A stretch of 64,000 nt of DNA from an uncultured delta proteobacterium. Lineage in GTDB: Bacteria > Desulfobacterota > Desulfomonilia > Desulfomonilales > Desulfomonilaceae. A model generated the notes under the pieces. That model made no database searches and was not told the origin of the DNA. It saw nothing but the letters and a program-made list of their open reading frames with translations. Every line of letters starts with the position of its first letter. The stretch's first letter is position 1. Shown here one piece after another: positions 63,621 to 64,000 of this stretch. The stretch spans positions 608,001 to 672,000 of the forward strand of contig CAWBKB010000005.1 in the NCBI GenBank assembly GCA_963789265.1. The letters are read 5' to 3'. The translations under genes and the position numbers were made by a program.

Positions 63621-64000
63621 TTATTCCCCTGACTTCTTGAAGTATTCGAGCCATTCTTCTACATCTATACGGCCTGCCTGACCGGGCCTCTCCTTCGAGC
63701 TTGCCAACTTGCAAGATTCTTCAATCAGGCTCCGGAACCGGCCCGAAGGTATGACGTGCGCGCCCCGGCTCCTGACAAATGAACCCAGCTCACGGTCGGA
63801 GGACACTACAATTAAGTCACGTTTGTAAGAGGCTGTCGCCACGAGTTCTTTGATTCGTGAATCCGCATCCGAGCCTCGGCGGGCATACAGCACCTGGACA
63901 CCTTTATATTTGCTGCCGTCAGGAAATTGCTCGTCCGGTGCTCCGTCGAAGACCACTTTTAACTTGACCCTGTGCACAGCGACAAAGTGAACCAGATCGG
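63621..64000 (-). CDS. NYN domain (YacP-like) protein, 5'-truncated by the window edge
   Basis: VVFDG, DADSRI and VVSSDREL. Confidence 0.85.
   Translation of the reverse strand, partial: DLVHFVAVHRVKLKVVFDGAPDEQFPDGSKYKGVQVLYARRGSDADSRIKELVATASYKRDLIVVSSDRELGSFVRSRGAHVIPSGRFRSLIEESCKLASSKERPGQAGRIDVEEWLEYFKKSGE

Overview
Chromosomal origin region of a Desulfomonile-like deltaproteobacterium (inferred from the 16S V1 motif and gene content). From left to right: the 5' part of a 16S rRNA gene with tandem promoters and boxA; a four-gene minus-strand module (small secreted 6-Cys protein, ECF sigma, double-zinc-finger transmembrane anti-sigma, exported caspase-ankyrin protease); a tyrosine-integrase remnant; an atypical typA; an internally deleted larA-like gene; ilvD; PPi-type pfk; a DUF6178-like gene between two different ~145-bp MITEs; mvhD-metV-metF; a rearranged, co-directional cutA-rsmG-parA-parB-dnaA-oriC-dnaN-gyrB block; carD and a PIN/TRAM gene; a signal-peptide nicotinamidase with an NrtR-like operator; a sensorless kinase/receiver pair; a ~24-kb surface-glycan modification locus with a sigma-54-type promoter; and pentapeptide-repeat, chagasin, SGNH, two exported TPR, acyl-CoA ligase, pgeF and NYN genes. 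At least nine genes, including dnaA and gyrB, carry single-base indels (mostly +1), which most likely reflects sequencing or assembly error. The best candidate for a new system is the ECF/anti-sigma/caspase/Cys-peptide module, in which the three exported proteins share a similar basic linker motif ([AP]-K-[SA]). All family assignments come from motif recognition by eye; no database searches were run.
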